Notes: generated by a model from the sequence alone, not told the origin. Counted from the stretch's first letter, positions 46,641 to 56,665 are shown. The stretch: 64,000 bases of DNA from Bacteroidales bacterium (GCA_017882305.1 JADGPU010000005.1:3797-67796), one strand, 5' to 3'. Program-made: numbers and translations.

Positions 46641-48470
46641 TTACTCCAGAGTTTTTGAGCCGGTGATAGGTTTTGCTTCAGTCTGATGCAAATCAAATAC
46701 CATGATTTCGTTCATTCCTTCTCTTAGCCAGGGGGAAGGACAATAAAGTCTTTTTTGCGGTCCGATATTCCAGTAACGTCCAAGATTATGTCCATTAACC
46801 CAAACAATTCCTTTGGTGTAGTTTGAAACATCAATAAAAGTGTCAGAATATAAATTTCCTTCTGCTCTTGAAAGAACAAAATTGCCCTTGAAAAATACCC
46901 CCGGTTTCTTAAGTGATTTTCCTGAGGATCGGAGGTCCCAGATAAATTTTTTGTCCATCGGAAGATTATATACCTGCCAGTTCACTAATGTTGTTCCGTT
47001 AAGGGTCACACTGTCAGTAATACCTTTTCTGTCAATAAGATTCTTTCCAAAATTTATATGTCCCATCGCTTCAGCTAAAATCTCAAGCACAGGTGCTTCC
47101 ACATTGCTCTCTGGTACATCAATTGAGTTTATTCCCTCTCTTCTGTCGAGTTTACCGATATAATTGCCATTCAGAAAAACCGTTGCATAATCATGAATAT
47201 CAGTTATGGTAAGCTTCCCGTTTTTAATTCCGGTAAGCTCAGTTTTATATAAAATGAAACCATGGTACTGACCATAAGCTTCAAATGATTTAGGTTGAAC
47301 TGAGCTGACAGGTTGAGGCAGATTATCCCACACAGTAGTAAAAGGTTGCATTTCCACCGGTGTGATTTTAATTGCAGGAACCGAATCCGGAATTGGGGGA
47401 AGCATTTTCCCTTTAGGAAGATATGAGGCAATAAGTCTCCTGAGAGCAAAATACTTTGGAGTAGGTTGACCCTGTTCATTAACAGGAGCATCGTAGTCGT
47501 AACTAGTGACATCAGGTTCGTAACCTTTACCCCCGGAATTGGCACCTGCCGTATATTCGAAATTAGTTCCACCATGAATAACATAAAAATTAAACGACTT
47601 CTTGTTATCCATCAGGAATTTCACCTCTTTTAACAATTGTACAGAGTCGGGTTTTGCCCACTTCTCACCCCAGTGAGTAAGCCAACCGGGGTATGTCTCA
47701 CTGCTGAAAACAGGTACTCCTGGATTTATCTTATTAGCAAGTGCAAAATCATCTGAAGAACTTCCGGAATCAAGACCTACAGCACTCCCCGGAAGAGATC
47801 CGGTTTCCAGCATCTTTGTTGTCGGACCATCACCTGTGAATGTTGGTACATTAATACCATTGGAAGCCCAGACTTCTCTTAACCTTAACATGTAATTCCT
47901 GTCATTTCCGAAACTGCCATACTCATTTTCAATCTGTAACATCAGTAAAGGTCCGCCCCTTGTTATAAGATAAGGTTTAATCACTTCAGACAGTTTTGCT
48001 ATATATCGTTCTGCAGCAGCCATATATCGTGGATCCATACATCGTAATTTAATATCCGGGATTCGTAACAGGTAAGGAGGAATTCCACCAAGATCCCATT
48101 CAGCACAAACATACGGACCTGGTCTGAGGATTAGCCACATCCCCTCTTCCTGCAAAATTTTAAAAAATTCGCCCAGATTATGATTCCCCGTACTGAAATC
48201 GTAAATTCCCTCTTCAGATTCATGGTAATTCCAAAAAATATAAGCCGCTATTGTATTGCAGCCCATGGCTTTTGCCATTTGAATTCTGTGTCGCCAGTAT
48301 TCAACAGGTATCCTTGCAGGATGCATTTCACCGCTTATTATCTGAAATGGCTGCCCGTCAAGAAGGAATTCTGATGTTCCTAATTTGAAAGTATGCTTTG
48401 GTTTCTGAGCCTGAGCTGGGAAAGTGGTAATTATAAGAAATCCAATGAATAAACTTAAAATATTCCGCAT
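46641..48470 (-). CDS. Beta-galactosidase, glycoside hydrolase family 35
   Basis: Signal peptide. RPGPYVCAEWDLGGIPPYL, QIENEYGSFG. Confidence 0.9.
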   Translation of the reverse strand: MRNILSLFIGFLIITTFPAQAQKPKHTFKLGTSEFLLDGQPFQIISGEMHPARIPVEYWRHRIQMAKAMGCNTIAAYIFWNYHESEEGIYDFSTGNHNLGEFFKILQEEGMWLILRPGPYVCAEWDLGGIPPYLLRIPDIKLRCMDPRYMAAAERYIAKLSEVIKPYLITRGGPLLMLQIENEYGSFGNDRNYMLRLREVWASNGINVPTFTGDGPTTKMLETGSLPGSAVGLDSGSSSDDFALANKINPGVPVFSSETYPGWLTHWGEKWAKPDSVQLLKEVKFLMDNKKSFNFYVIHGGTNFEYTAGANSGGKGYEPDVTSYDYDAPVNEQGQPTPKYFALRRLIASYLPKGKMLPPIPDSVPAIKITPVEMQPFTTVWDNLPQPVSSVQPKSFEAYGQYHGFILYKTELTGIKNGKLTITDIHDYATVFLNGNYIGKLDRREGINSIDVPESNVEAPVLEILAEAMGHINFGKNLIDRKGITDSVTLNGTTLVNWQVYNLPMDKKFIWDLRSSGKSLKKPGVFFKGNFVLSRAEGNLYSDTFIDVSNYTKGIVWVNGHNLGRYWNIGPQKRLYCPSPWLREGMNEIMVFDLHQTEAKPITGSKTLE

Positions 48471-48573
48471 AATAATTTAGTATTTTATAAACCTTAAAAA
48501 TCGACTTCAACAAAATTGTACTAATACTTTTTTCCAATTACAATTTAGATTTTTGTTTTTAAAATAATTCTAA

Positions 48574-48650
48574 TTACCCCCTTCCCAACCTTCCCACAAG
48601 GGGGAAGGAGCAATCCATTTCCCCCGTGGGGGAAATAAGAAAGGGGGTAA
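48574..48650. repeat. C-run/G-run element with predicted three-helix fold, copy 1
   Basis: Outer stem TTACCCCCTT/AAGGGGGTAA. Inner hairpins CCTTCCC..GGGAAGG and ATTTCCCC-CGTG-GGGGAAAT. Confidence 0.7.
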
Positions 48651-48672
48651 GAATAAAACTTTTGTTCAATAT

Positions 48673-50493
48673 TCAGATAGCCTGAAAACTATGTAGTTTC
48701 CGGTAGACTCCATCCTGTTTCTTCATCAATTCAGTATGTGTACCTGTCTCAACAATCCTGCCTTCATCGATGACAACTATAAGATCAGCATGTTGTATAG
48801 TTGAGAGCCGGTGTGCAATTACCAATGAAGTCCTGTTTTTCATCAGCTTAAGTATTGCATCCTGAACAAGCCTTTCCGATTCGGTATCGAGAGCAGATGT
48901 TGCTTCATCGAGAATAAGTATCGGCGGATTAGCCATTATAGCCCTGGCAATGCTTATTCTTTGCCTTTGCCCGCCACTGAGTTTATTGCCTGATTCACCA
49001 ACATAGTTCTCATAACCCTGTTCGGTTTCCATAATGAACTCGTGTGCATTTGCAATGCGTGAGGCATTTTCGACTTTTTCCATCTCAGCTGTTTCTACAC
49101 CGAAAGCTATATTCTCTTTGAATGAGGTATTAAACAGGATAGGTTGCTGGCTGACTATACCCATAAGATACCTCAGGTCCTTTATCTTCAGATCTCGGAT
49201 ATCAACACCGTCAATCAGAATATAACCCTGATCGCTGTCCATAAACCTTGGAAGAAGATCTGCAAGGGTGGATTTGCCGGCTCCGGATTTGCCAACAATG
49301 GCAACAGTCTGACCTTTTTTTATTTTCAGGTTGATATCTCTTAGTACAGGTTCGTTGTTATAGGCATACCATACTCCTTTGAATTCAATTGAATCATTAA
49401 ATCCGGTAACAGCGATTGCATTCTTCTTTTCTGTGATAGTCTCCTCAGCATCAAGTACCTGGTCGATCCTGTCAATTGATGCCATCCCTTTCTGAATAGC
49501 GAAATATGCTGTTGTAATGTTCTTTGCAGGTTGAATAATCTGGGAAAAAACAACCAGATATGCAATAAGGCTATCAGGTGTCATCTTACCTGATCCATGA
49601 ATAACAAGGTTGCCACCAACATACATAAGAACCATTACCACTATTGTTGCAAGAAATTCACTGATAGGCGAAGCAAGGTAAGCTTTACGTATAACCCTTT
49701 TGAAAACTTTTGCATATCTTTCATTTGACTCTGCAAACTGAGCCTTCATTTTTTCTTCAGCATTGAAACCCTTGACGATTCTTAAACCTGTTAGCGTCTC
49801 CTCCACAACAGAAAGAAGACGTCCAAGGTTTTGTTGCCCAAGAAGTGAAGATGATCTAAGAGTACGGCCTGCACGGCCAATCAACCAGCCACTTACAGGA
49901 AGAAGCACAAGTGCAAAAAGTGTTAACTCATAACTCGATACAAAAAGATATATCACATAAATTAAAATGTAGATGGGATCTCTAAACATCATTGTAAGAG
50001 AAGACATTACAGAGATTTCAACTTCCTGAACATCGTTGGATATTCTGGTCATAACATCACCTTTCCTGGCATCGGTAAAAAATGACAGAGGAAGTCTAAG
50101 AACCTTGTGATAAAGTTTTCTCCTAAGGTCTCGCACTGTACTTGCTCTGATAAATGCCATACAGTTGTTAGCCAGAAATATAAACCCGTTCTTAAAGAGG
50201 CTGGCACCAATTACGATCAGAACCACTAATAGTAAAGCACCTGATTGTCCATATTTATCAATAAAGTCTGAAAGATAGTATTTGCTATAAGCTCCAAGAT
50301 ATTCCGCATTTAGCTGAAAGTGACCGGGATTCGCGACTGTCTCAACTCTATTGAAGAGTACTGTTAAAAAAGGTTTTACCAGAGTAAAAGTGAAAAGTGC
50401 AAAAAGGGCACTTAAAATATTATATAAAATGTTTTTTACTGCCGACCATTTATATGGTGCAAAATATTTAAGCAGCAATCTAATGTTCTTCAT
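48673..50493 (-). CDS. ABC exporter, fused permease/ATPase (MsbA-like)
   Basis: Six-TM N-domain. Walker A GKSGAGKST, signature LSGGQRQR, Walker B ILILDEATSALD. Confidence 0.9.
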   Translation of the reverse strand: MKNIRLLLKYFAPYKWSAVKNILYNILSALFALFTFTLVKPFLTVLFNRVETVANPGHFQLNAEYLGAYSKYYLSDFIDKYGQSGALLLVVLIVIGASLFKNGFIFLANNCMAFIRASTVRDLRRKLYHKVLRLPLSFFTDARKGDVMTRISNDVQEVEISVMSSLTMMFRDPIYILIYVIYLFVSSYELTLFALVLLPVSGWLIGRAGRTLRSSSLLGQQNLGRLLSVVEETLTGLRIVKGFNAEEKMKAQFAESNERYAKVFKRVIRKAYLASPISEFLATIVVMVLMYVGGNLVIHGSGKMTPDSLIAYLVVFSQIIQPAKNITTAYFAIQKGMASIDRIDQVLDAEETITEKKNAIAVTGFNDSIEFKGVWYAYNNEPVLRDINLKIKKGQTVAIVGKSGAGKSTLADLLPRFMDSDQGYILIDGVDIRDLKIKDLRYLMGIVSQQPILFNTSFKENIAFGVETAEMEKVENASRIANAHEFIMETEQGYENYVGESGNKLSGGQRQRISIARAIMANPPILILDEATSALDTESERLVQDAILKLMKNRTSLVIAHRLSTIQHADLIVVIDEGRIVETGTHTELMKKQDGVYRKLHSFQAI

Positions 50494-50508
50494 CTAAAAA
50501 AAAATTGA

Positions 50509-51852
50509 TTAAAAACCTGTATAATTGAAGGGAGTGATGGCCTTTAGTTCGGCTTTCACAGTTTCGTTAAGGTCCAGGTTTTCAATAAACTGTGTTATTG
50601 ATTCAAAAGTGATTTTCTGATTAGTCCGGGTAAGGTCGAGAAGTACTTCATAGGGATTTGGATAACCCTCTCTTCGCAGTATTGTCTGGATAGCTTCTGC
50701 TACAACAGCCCAGTTATTTTCCAGATCGCTTTTTATCTTATCATTATTCACAATCAGCTTATTAAGACCTTTCAACAAAGATTTAAAGGCTATCAATGAA
50801 TGACCAATCGGAACACCGATATTCCTTAACACTGTGGAATCGGAAAGGTCGCGTTGAAGTCTCGATATTGGTAATTTCATTGAAAGATGTTCAAAAATAG
50901 CGTTGGCATATCCAAGGTTACCTTCACCGTTTTCAAAATCGATAGGATTTACTTTATGGGGCATTGCTGAGGATCCGATCTCCCCTTTTTTTATCTTTTG
51001 CCTGAAATAATCGATTGAAATATATAACCAGAAGTCACGGGCCATATCAATAAGTATAACATTGATCCTGCGCATATTATCAAATAATGCAGCAAGATTA
51101 TCATAATGCTCTATCTGCGTTGTAGGTTGAGAGCGTTCCAGTCCAAGTTCTTCATTTACAAAATTATTGGCAAATGAGAGCCAGTCAATTTCGGGATAAG
51201 CAACTTTATGTGCATTAAAATTACCTGTTGAACCACCAAATTTAGCCGAATATGGAATTTGTCCAAAGTACCTGGACTGACCATCTATCCTCGCAATAAA
51301 TACTTCAATCTCTTTCCCCAGCCTGGTAGGAGTAGCAGGTTGACCATGTGTCCTTGCAAGCATCGGAATATCCTTCCACTCATCTGCAAAAGCAGCCAGT
51401 GTCTCTCTCAACTCATAAAGAACAGGGAAATAGACATTTATCATTGCATCTTTAAAAGATAAGGGTATTGCAGTGTTGTTTATATCCTGCGATGTGAGCC
51501 CGAAATGAATAAATTCGCTCCACTTTCCCCAGCCAGACTGGAAAAACTTTTCTTTCAGGAAATATTCGATTGCCTTAATATCATGATTTGTGATTTTCTC
51601 CCTTTCTTTTATTTTTTCAGCATCGGTTAAGTCAAAGTCTTCATAAATTGACCTTAAAACCTTGAAATTATCTTTTTTAAAATCAAGCAGTTGAGGAAGC
51701 GGGATATCGCAAAGGGCAATGAAATATTCTATTTCCACCATCAGACGATATCTGATCAACCCGAATTCAGAAAAATACAGGTCGAGTTCATCAACTTTTT
51801 GTCTGTATCTTCCGTCTAAGGGAGATATGGCAGTAAGAAAATTTAATTCCAT
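50509..51852 (-). CDS. purB: Adenylosuccinate lyase
   Basis: MELNFLTAISPLDGRYRQKV..GSSAMPHKVNP. Confidence 0.92.
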   Translation of the reverse strand: MELNFLTAISPLDGRYRQKVDELDLYFSEFGLIRYRLMVEIEYFIALCDIPLPQLLDFKKDNFKVLRSIYEDFDLTDAEKIKEREKITNHDIKAIEYFLKEKFFQSGWGKWSEFIHFGLTSQDINNTAIPLSFKDAMINVYFPVLYELRETLAAFADEWKDIPMLARTHGQPATPTRLGKEIEVFIARIDGQSRYFGQIPYSAKFGGSTGNFNAHKVAYPEIDWLSFANNFVNEELGLERSQPTTQIEHYDNLAALFDNMRRINVILIDMARDFWLYISIDYFRQKIKKGEIGSSAMPHKVNPIDFENGEGNLGYANAIFEHLSMKLPISRLQRDLSDSTVLRNIGVPIGHSLIAFKSLLKGLNKLIVNNDKIKSDLENNWAVVAEAIQTILRREGYPNPYEVLLDLTRTNQKITFESITQFIENLDLNETVKAELKAITPFNYTGF

Positions 51853-51927
51853 TATTTATCAGATTGGGTTTTCACTTGTTATAGTATATCTACAAAAGTA
51901 GTATTTTAGATGTTGTAAAAAAAAAGT

Positions 51928-52683
51928 ATGGACAAAATCAGAATTTCAGCCGTCAAATATGCAAACACATATCCATTTATATATGGATTACTTGAAAGCG
52001 GTTTTGAAAAAAGAGTAGTTCTTGAAACTGACCACCCTGCTGATTGCGCTGCAAAACTGATTAGTGGAAGAGTTGATATCGGCCTTATTCCGGTAGCCGC
52101 TCTTCCTCTGGTTAAGGACCATCATATCATAAGTGATTATTGTATTGGTGCAAACGGGAATGTCAGAACTGTTATGCTGTTAAGCAATTCTCCTTTTGAG
52201 GAAATAAGGAATATATACCTCGATTACCGCTCACTGTCATCGGTTAACCTCACAAAAGTACTGGCAAAAAACAGTTGGAAAAGAAAATTCAATTGGATGA
52301 ACACCTCAAAAGCATTCGATTTCCTGAATATAAGCCTAAATGAAGCTGTGGTACTAATAGGCGATCAGTGTTTTGAATTTGAGAACAGCTTCCGATACAA
52401 AATTGATCTTGCAATGGAATGGAAGAAATTTTCCGGACTTCCATTTGTTTTCGCATGTTGGACATCCAATAAACATCTTGATAATATGTTTATTAAAGAA
52501 TTTAACCAGGCTTTGAGGCTGGGAGTAAATAATATTGATGCCGTGGCAGATAAATTTGGTCAAACAGGAACTATTACCGGTGAAATTTTAAGGACTTACC
52601 TTATTGAAAATATTGATTTCAATTTCAATGATGAGAAGAAAACAGGACTAAAGTTATTTCTTGATTTAATGTCGGAGCTTTGA
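51928..52683 (+). CDS. mqnA: Chorismate dehydratase (futalosine-pathway MqnA)
   Basis: IRISAVKYANTYPFIYGL..DIGLIPVAA..CIGANGNVRTVML. Confidence 0.8.
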   Translation: MDKIRISAVKYANTYPFIYGLLESGFEKRVVLETDHPADCAAKLISGRVDIGLIPVAALPLVKDHHIISDYCIGANGNVRTVMLLSNSPFEEIRNIYLDYRSLSSVNLTKVLAKNSWKRKFNWMNTSKAFDFLNISLNEAVVLIGDQCFEFENSFRYKIDLAMEWKKFSGLPFVFACWTSNKHLDNMFIKEFNQALRLGVNNIDAVADKFGQTGTITGEILRTYLIENIDFNFNDEKKTGLKLFLDLMSEL

Positions 52684-52759
52684 CCCCCCTGTCCCCTCAT
52701 TTGGGGGATCAAAAACCGAGAAGACAAAGCCCCCCATTTTGGGGGGTTGGGGGTAAGAA
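52683..52759. repeat. C-run/G-run element, copy 2
   Basis: Outer ACCCCC/GGGGGT. Inner TCCCC-tcatttg-GGGGA and CCCCCC-atttt-GGGGGG. Shares the 3' 11-mer GGGGGTAAGAA with copy 1. Confidence 0.7.
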
Positions 52760-52782
52760 AACATGGGACAAATAAATTTATT

Positions 52783-53235
52783 ATGGATAACACAGACTTA
52801 CATAATGACCTGATAATAAGGGATTATAAGGAAGATGATTATGATGAAATAGTTAAATTCTGGTATTTGACTGACATGGGGAATCCGGAAAGAGGTGATT
52901 CGAAAGATACAATTAAAAGAACCCTTGAATTAGGAGGAAAACTTCTTGTTATGGAGACAAAATCTTCAAGACAGGTATGCGGTACCTCATGGATGACATA
53001 TGATGGGAGAAGGATTCTGCTTCATCATTTTGGAATTCTTCCTGAATACCAGGGCAAAGGACTTTCAAAAATTCTATTAAAAGAGTCACTTCAGTTTGTC
53101 AAAAGCATAGGTGCACAGGTTAAATTGGAAGTTCATTCCACTAATTTAAAAGCTGCAAATCTTTACAAGAAATTCGGATTTGTACATCTGGGCGAATATA
53201 ATGTTTACATAATAAGAGATGTTTCAAATTTGTAA
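52783..53235 (+). CDS. GNAT-family N-acetyltransferase
   Basis: Start moved to ATG 52783; the track ORF starts at a TTG inside the C/G-run repeat. LPEYQGKGLSKILL acetyl-CoA motif. Confidence 0.75.
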   Translation: MDNTDLHNDLIIRDYKEDDYDEIVKFWYLTDMGNPERGDSKDTIKRTLELGGKLLVMETKSSRQVCGTSWMTYDGRRILLHHFGILPEYQGKGLSKILLKESLQFVKSIGAQVKLEVHSTNLKAANLYKKFGFVHLGEYNVYIIRDVSNL

Positions 53236-53323
53236 AAATGTTATTCAAGTTGTCTATTTAATGTTTAACTTTGGGGATTGTTGAGATTTAAACAAGTTTA
53301 TTGACAAACTAAGCAAAAATATC

Positions 53324-53569
53324 ATGGCTAAAACTATCACTTTTAACGAACTACGGAAAATTAAAGACCAGTTACCCTCCGGTAGTATGAGACAGATTGC
53401 TGAAAAACTGGATTTGAATGAAGAGACAGTTAGAAACTACTTCGGAGGGAGAAATTTTGACAAGGGCCAAAGTGTTGGAATCCATTTTGAACAGGGACCA
53501 GATGGAGGTATAGTTACAATAGACGATACGACCATACTTGATCTGGCACAGAAAATGATCAACTACTAA
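53324..53569 (+). CDS. Small hypothetical protein (81 aa), possible HTH
   Basis: MRQIAEKLDLNEETVRNYF resembles an HTH. Followed by a strong hairpin with a T-run. Confidence 0.5.
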   Translation: MAKTITFNELRKIKDQLPSGSMRQIAEKLDLNEETVRNYFGGRNFDKGQSVGIHFEQGPDGGIVTIDDTTILDLAQKMINY

Positions 53570-53591
53570 TTCATTATCCGACAGCCTGTTC

Positions 53592-53626
53592 AAAAGCAAA
53601 AGGCTATGTCTTTTGCTTTTTTATTT
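53592..53626 (+). terminator. Rho-independent terminator after the 81-aa gene
   Basis: AAAAGCAAAAG-gctatgt-CTTTTGCTTTT: 11-bp stem followed by TTATTTATT. Confidence 0.75.
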
Positions 53627-53629
53627 ATT

Positions 53630-54460
53630 ATGAACCTTTCCGGAACAATAGAATCTGCAGAAAAACAGTTTAAACAGATCCTTGAAGATTTTTTCATTTC
53701 TGTATATAATGAAAAATCTCTCTCTTCACATGGAATTGATCATCACAGGAGAGTATGGAACTATTCAAAGGAGTTACTGAAAATAATTCCTTTTAAGAAC
53801 TCCGTTCAAATTTCACAACTCGTTTCTGAACTGATAATTGCAAGTTACCTGCACGATATCGGTATGTCAGTTGATCAGGGTGTCAGGCATGGAAAACATA
53901 GCAGAAATTTATGCACCCAGTTTTTAGTTAAGAATAATCTTCCGCAAAATGATTGGCAGGTTGTCCTGGAAACCATTGAAAATCATGATAATAAAGATTA
54001 TACCGACAAAACATACATGAATGAATTGCTCACAATTCTTTCAGTTGCTGATGATCTTGATGCCTTTGGATTCACAGGAATATTCAGGTACTCAGAAATT
54101 TATCTTACCAGGGGAATAGATCCGGAAGAAATCGGTTATCTGATCAGGGAAAATGCTGAAAAAAGGTTTGAAAACTTTGTAAAAACTTTCGGATCAGAAA
54201 GCGAGATTGTTCAGAAACACAGAATGAGATTTAATATCCTTGATAGTTTCTTTCTAAGTTACAATGAACAGATTCCCTCCTATCATTTTGGAACTAATAA
54301 TCCTACAGGTTTTTGCGGAGTGATTGAAATTATTCTCTCAATAATGAATGATAAGCTGAATCTCAAGAATTTCATTATGGATTCTGATAAATATTCAAAT
54401 GATAGGGTGATTAGATGGTTTTTTACTGAATTAGAAAAAGAATTATTCTTCCTCCGATAA
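53630..54460 (+). CDS. HD-domain phosphohydrolase-like protein
   Basis: Start moved to ATG 53630; the first 24 nt of the track ORF are the terminator stem. HGIDHHRRV .. YLHDIGMS. Confidence 0.7.
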   Translation: MNLSGTIESAEKQFKQILEDFFISVYNEKSLSSHGIDHHRRVWNYSKELLKIIPFKNSVQISQLVSELIIASYLHDIGMSVDQGVRHGKHSRNLCTQFLVKNNLPQNDWQVVLETIENHDNKDYTDKTYMNELLTILSVADDLDAFGFTGIFRYSEIYLTRGIDPEEIGYLIRENAEKRFENFVKTFGSESEIVQKHRMRFNILDSFFLSYNEQIPSYHFGTNNPTGFCGVIEIILSIMNDKLNLKNFIMDSDKYSNDRVIRWFFTELEKELFFLR

Positions 54461-54463
54461 TTC

Positions 54464-54571
54464 ATTAACCGCAAAGGTCGCAAAGGTTTAATACCTAAGG
54501 CCGCAAAGAAATTCATGACATGATTATAACTTTGCGTTCTTTGCGCCTACTTTGAGTACTTTGCGGTTAAT
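54464..54571. repeat. CGCAAAG / CTTTGCG word element (copy 2) with 13-bp perfect terminal inverted repeats
   Basis: ATTAACCGCAAAG (54464-54476) and CTTTGCGGTTAAT (54559-54571). The interior is made of CGCAAAG words on the left and CTTTGCG words on the right. Confidence 0.8.
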
Positions 54572-54605
54572 AAAGGTATTTTAGCTATCATAAAAAAACT
54601 TGGAT

Positions 54606-56069
54606 ATGACTAAATCTAAATCAAAAATACCATCTCCCTTCAATCCTGAGGTTTTCAGAAAAGAGGGGCACATTTTAGTTGATACATTATCGGAGTACCT
54701 GGAAAGAGCTTTATCAGGAAAAGAAATGGCTGTTTTGCCATGGAATGATCCCGATCATCTGGCAGAAACTTTTTCATTCGATTCAGCCGGCAGTGAGGAA
54801 GAGTCGTTGGATGCCTTCATTAAAAGGATCATTGATAATTCTATCCATATACATCATCCGCACTATATAGGTCACCAGGTTACATCTCCTCTTCCCGCCG
54901 CAGTGCTTGTTCAGTTCTGTACTACTCTCTTAAACAATGGTGCAGCAATTTACGAGATGGGGCCGGTAAATATGGCTATGGAACGAAATGTGATAAAAAG
55001 GTTTGGATCACTTATTGGCTATATACCCGGATTCGATGGCATATTTACTCATGGTGGGACAGCAGGAAATCTCACGGCAATGCTGGCTGCAAGACAGGTA
55101 AAAACAGATTATAATATATGGGAGGATGGTGTCAGAGAAATGAATAGACCTGGCTACATAATATCAGAACAGGCTCATTACAGTGTCGCCAGAAATGTTA
55201 AAATAATGGGCCTTGGTGACGAATCGATAGTTAAAGTACCGGTTGACAGACATTTCAGGATGAGAACCGATCGTCTGGAAGAAATAAAAACTGCCGCAGA
55301 GAAAAAAGGTATCCGGATTATTTCAGTGGTTGCCAGTTCATGCTCCACAGCAACAGGTTCTTATGATGATCTGGAAGCTGTTGCCGATTTCTGTGAAAAA
55401 CATGAGTTATGGATGCATGTTGACGGGGCGCACGGTATGGGTGTTCTTTTCTCCGAAAAATATAAGGATCGCTTAAAGGGCATAGAAAGAGCCGATTCAG
55501 TAGTGATTGATTTCCACAAGATGCTGCTCGTACCTGCGCTAAACACACTGGTTATGTTCAGAAATGGAGAGAGGTCGTTTGAGACTTTTGCACAGAAAGC
55601 ATCATACTTGTTTCAGAAATCACAGGAAAATGTCTGGTACAACAGCGCCATCAGGACCATTGAATGCACCAAAAGTGCATTGGGAATCATTGCTTATACC
55701 GCATTAAAATACTATGGAAATGGTTATTACAGGAATTATATCGACAGCAGGTATGATCTGGCAGTTACTTTTTCACTGATGATCAAATCTGACAGCAAAC
55801 TTCAGCTTGCGGTAGAACCTGAAAGTAATATAATATGTTTCAGGTTCGCACCTGAAGGATATAATGACCTTGCTCTTAATCAGATAAATGCTGAAATCAG
55901 GAGCAGGATTATAAAAGAGGGATCTTTTTATATTGTCCAGACTGAACTTGAAGGAAAGATCTGGTTAAGACTGACAATAATTAATCCGGTTACTTCGAAG
56001 GATGATCTTAAAGCTCTATTAAAGATAGTTTCAGAGATTGGAAAGGAAGAAGTCAGAAAGATGGCATGA
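54606..56069 (+). CDS. Group II pyridoxal-phosphate-dependent amino-acid decarboxylase
   Basis: Start moved to ATG 54606. HPHYIGHQ, THGGTAGNL, MHVDGAHG, DFHKMLLVP (PLP lysine). Confidence 0.85.
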   Translation: MTKSKSKIPSPFNPEVFRKEGHILVDTLSEYLERALSGKEMAVLPWNDPDHLAETFSFDSAGSEEESLDAFIKRIIDNSIHIHHPHYIGHQVTSPLPAAVLVQFCTTLLNNGAAIYEMGPVNMAMERNVIKRFGSLIGYIPGFDGIFTHGGTAGNLTAMLAARQVKTDYNIWEDGVREMNRPGYIISEQAHYSVARNVKIMGLGDESIVKVPVDRHFRMRTDRLEEIKTAAEKKGIRIISVVASSCSTATGSYDDLEAVADFCEKHELWMHVDGAHGMGVLFSEKYKDRLKGIERADSVVIDFHKMLLVPALNTLVMFRNGERSFETFAQKASYLFQKSQENVWYNSAIRTIECTKSALGIIAYTALKYYGNGYYRNYIDSRYDLAVTFSLMIKSDSKLQLAVEPESNIICFRFAPEGYNDLALNQINAEIRSRIIKEGSFYIVQTELEGKIWLRLTIINPVTSKDDLKALLKIVSEIGKEEVRKMA

Positions 56070-56071
56070 AT

Positions 56072-56158
56072 GTCTTGTGGTCATTCAGTCATGCAGTAGT
56101 GCAGGCTTGAAGTCTTGATGTCTGATAGCTCCTTTTGACTTTTGACTTTTGTCTTAAG
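56072..56158. repeat. 8-mer GTC-word array plus a reverse-oriented AAGACAA element (copy 4)
   Basis: GTCTTGTG GTCATTCA GTCATGCA GTAGTGCA GGCTTGAA GTCTTGAT GTCTGATA. Then TTTTGAC TTTTGAC TTTTGTC, which on the minus strand reads AAGACAA AAGTCAA AAGTCAA right after the Rrf2 stop. Confidence 0.8.
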
Positions 56159-56161
56159 AGT

Positions 56162-56578
56162 TTAGGTTTTTATCAATTCTTTAAGAGTAGTTTTGGACAG
56201 AATACCATATGTAGTATCACGAATTTCTTTAAATACCTTTCTTATCTGACATGTTGTTTCATCCTTGCAAAATTCGCAAGGACGATAAGAATTTTCTGAA
56301 ACACAGTACATTAATGAAATTGTCCCCTCAAAATGACGAACAACATCAGCCAGGGTAACATCTTCTGGTTTTTTTAACAGATAGTATCCGCCAGATTTAC
56401 CGAGATTGCTTCCCAGGATACCAATTTTCCTTAAATCTAGCAGGATATTTTCAAGAAAACTCTGTGGTATCTTTTCTGCTTCAGCTATTTCGCGTATCTG
56501 CATTGGTCCTTTGCCATATTCCCTGGCTAGTCTCGTAAGCGCTACAATTGCATATCGGGTCTTTTTTGATAATATCAT
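56162..56578 (-). CDS. Rrf2-family transcriptional regulator (IscR/CymR-like) with Cys cluster
   Basis: MILSKKTRYAIVALTRLA..IREIAEAEKIPQSFLENIL. Cys-rich segment YCVSENSYRPCEFCKDETTC. Confidence 0.9.
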   Translation of the reverse strand: MILSKKTRYAIVALTRLAREYGKGPMQIREIAEAEKIPQSFLENILLDLRKIGILGSNLGKSGGYYLLKKPEDVTLADVVRHFEGTISLMYCVSENSYRPCEFCKDETTCQIRKVFKEIRDTTYGILSKTTLKELIKT

Positions 56579-56650
56579 AGGATTAGCTGAATATATTTGA
56601 TAAAGTTAAGTATTAATACCTAACCATTTGTGGTTTTTATGCCAATTATA

Positions 56651-56665
56651 ACCATTATAAATGGT
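56651..56665. promoter_or_regulatory. Candidate Rrf2 operator palindrome in the divergent spacer
   Basis: ACCATT-ATA-AATGGT between the Rrf2 gene and the porin operon. Confidence 0.25.

Noticed and set aside
54464-54571. MITE-like mobile element: 13-bp perfect terminal inverted repeats, with TTAA at both ends resembling a target-site duplication.
   Set aside because: TTAA is itself part of the palindromic termini. There is no transposase in the window, and the interior is the same word-array material as other spacers. Mobility is unproven, so it is reported as a repeat only.
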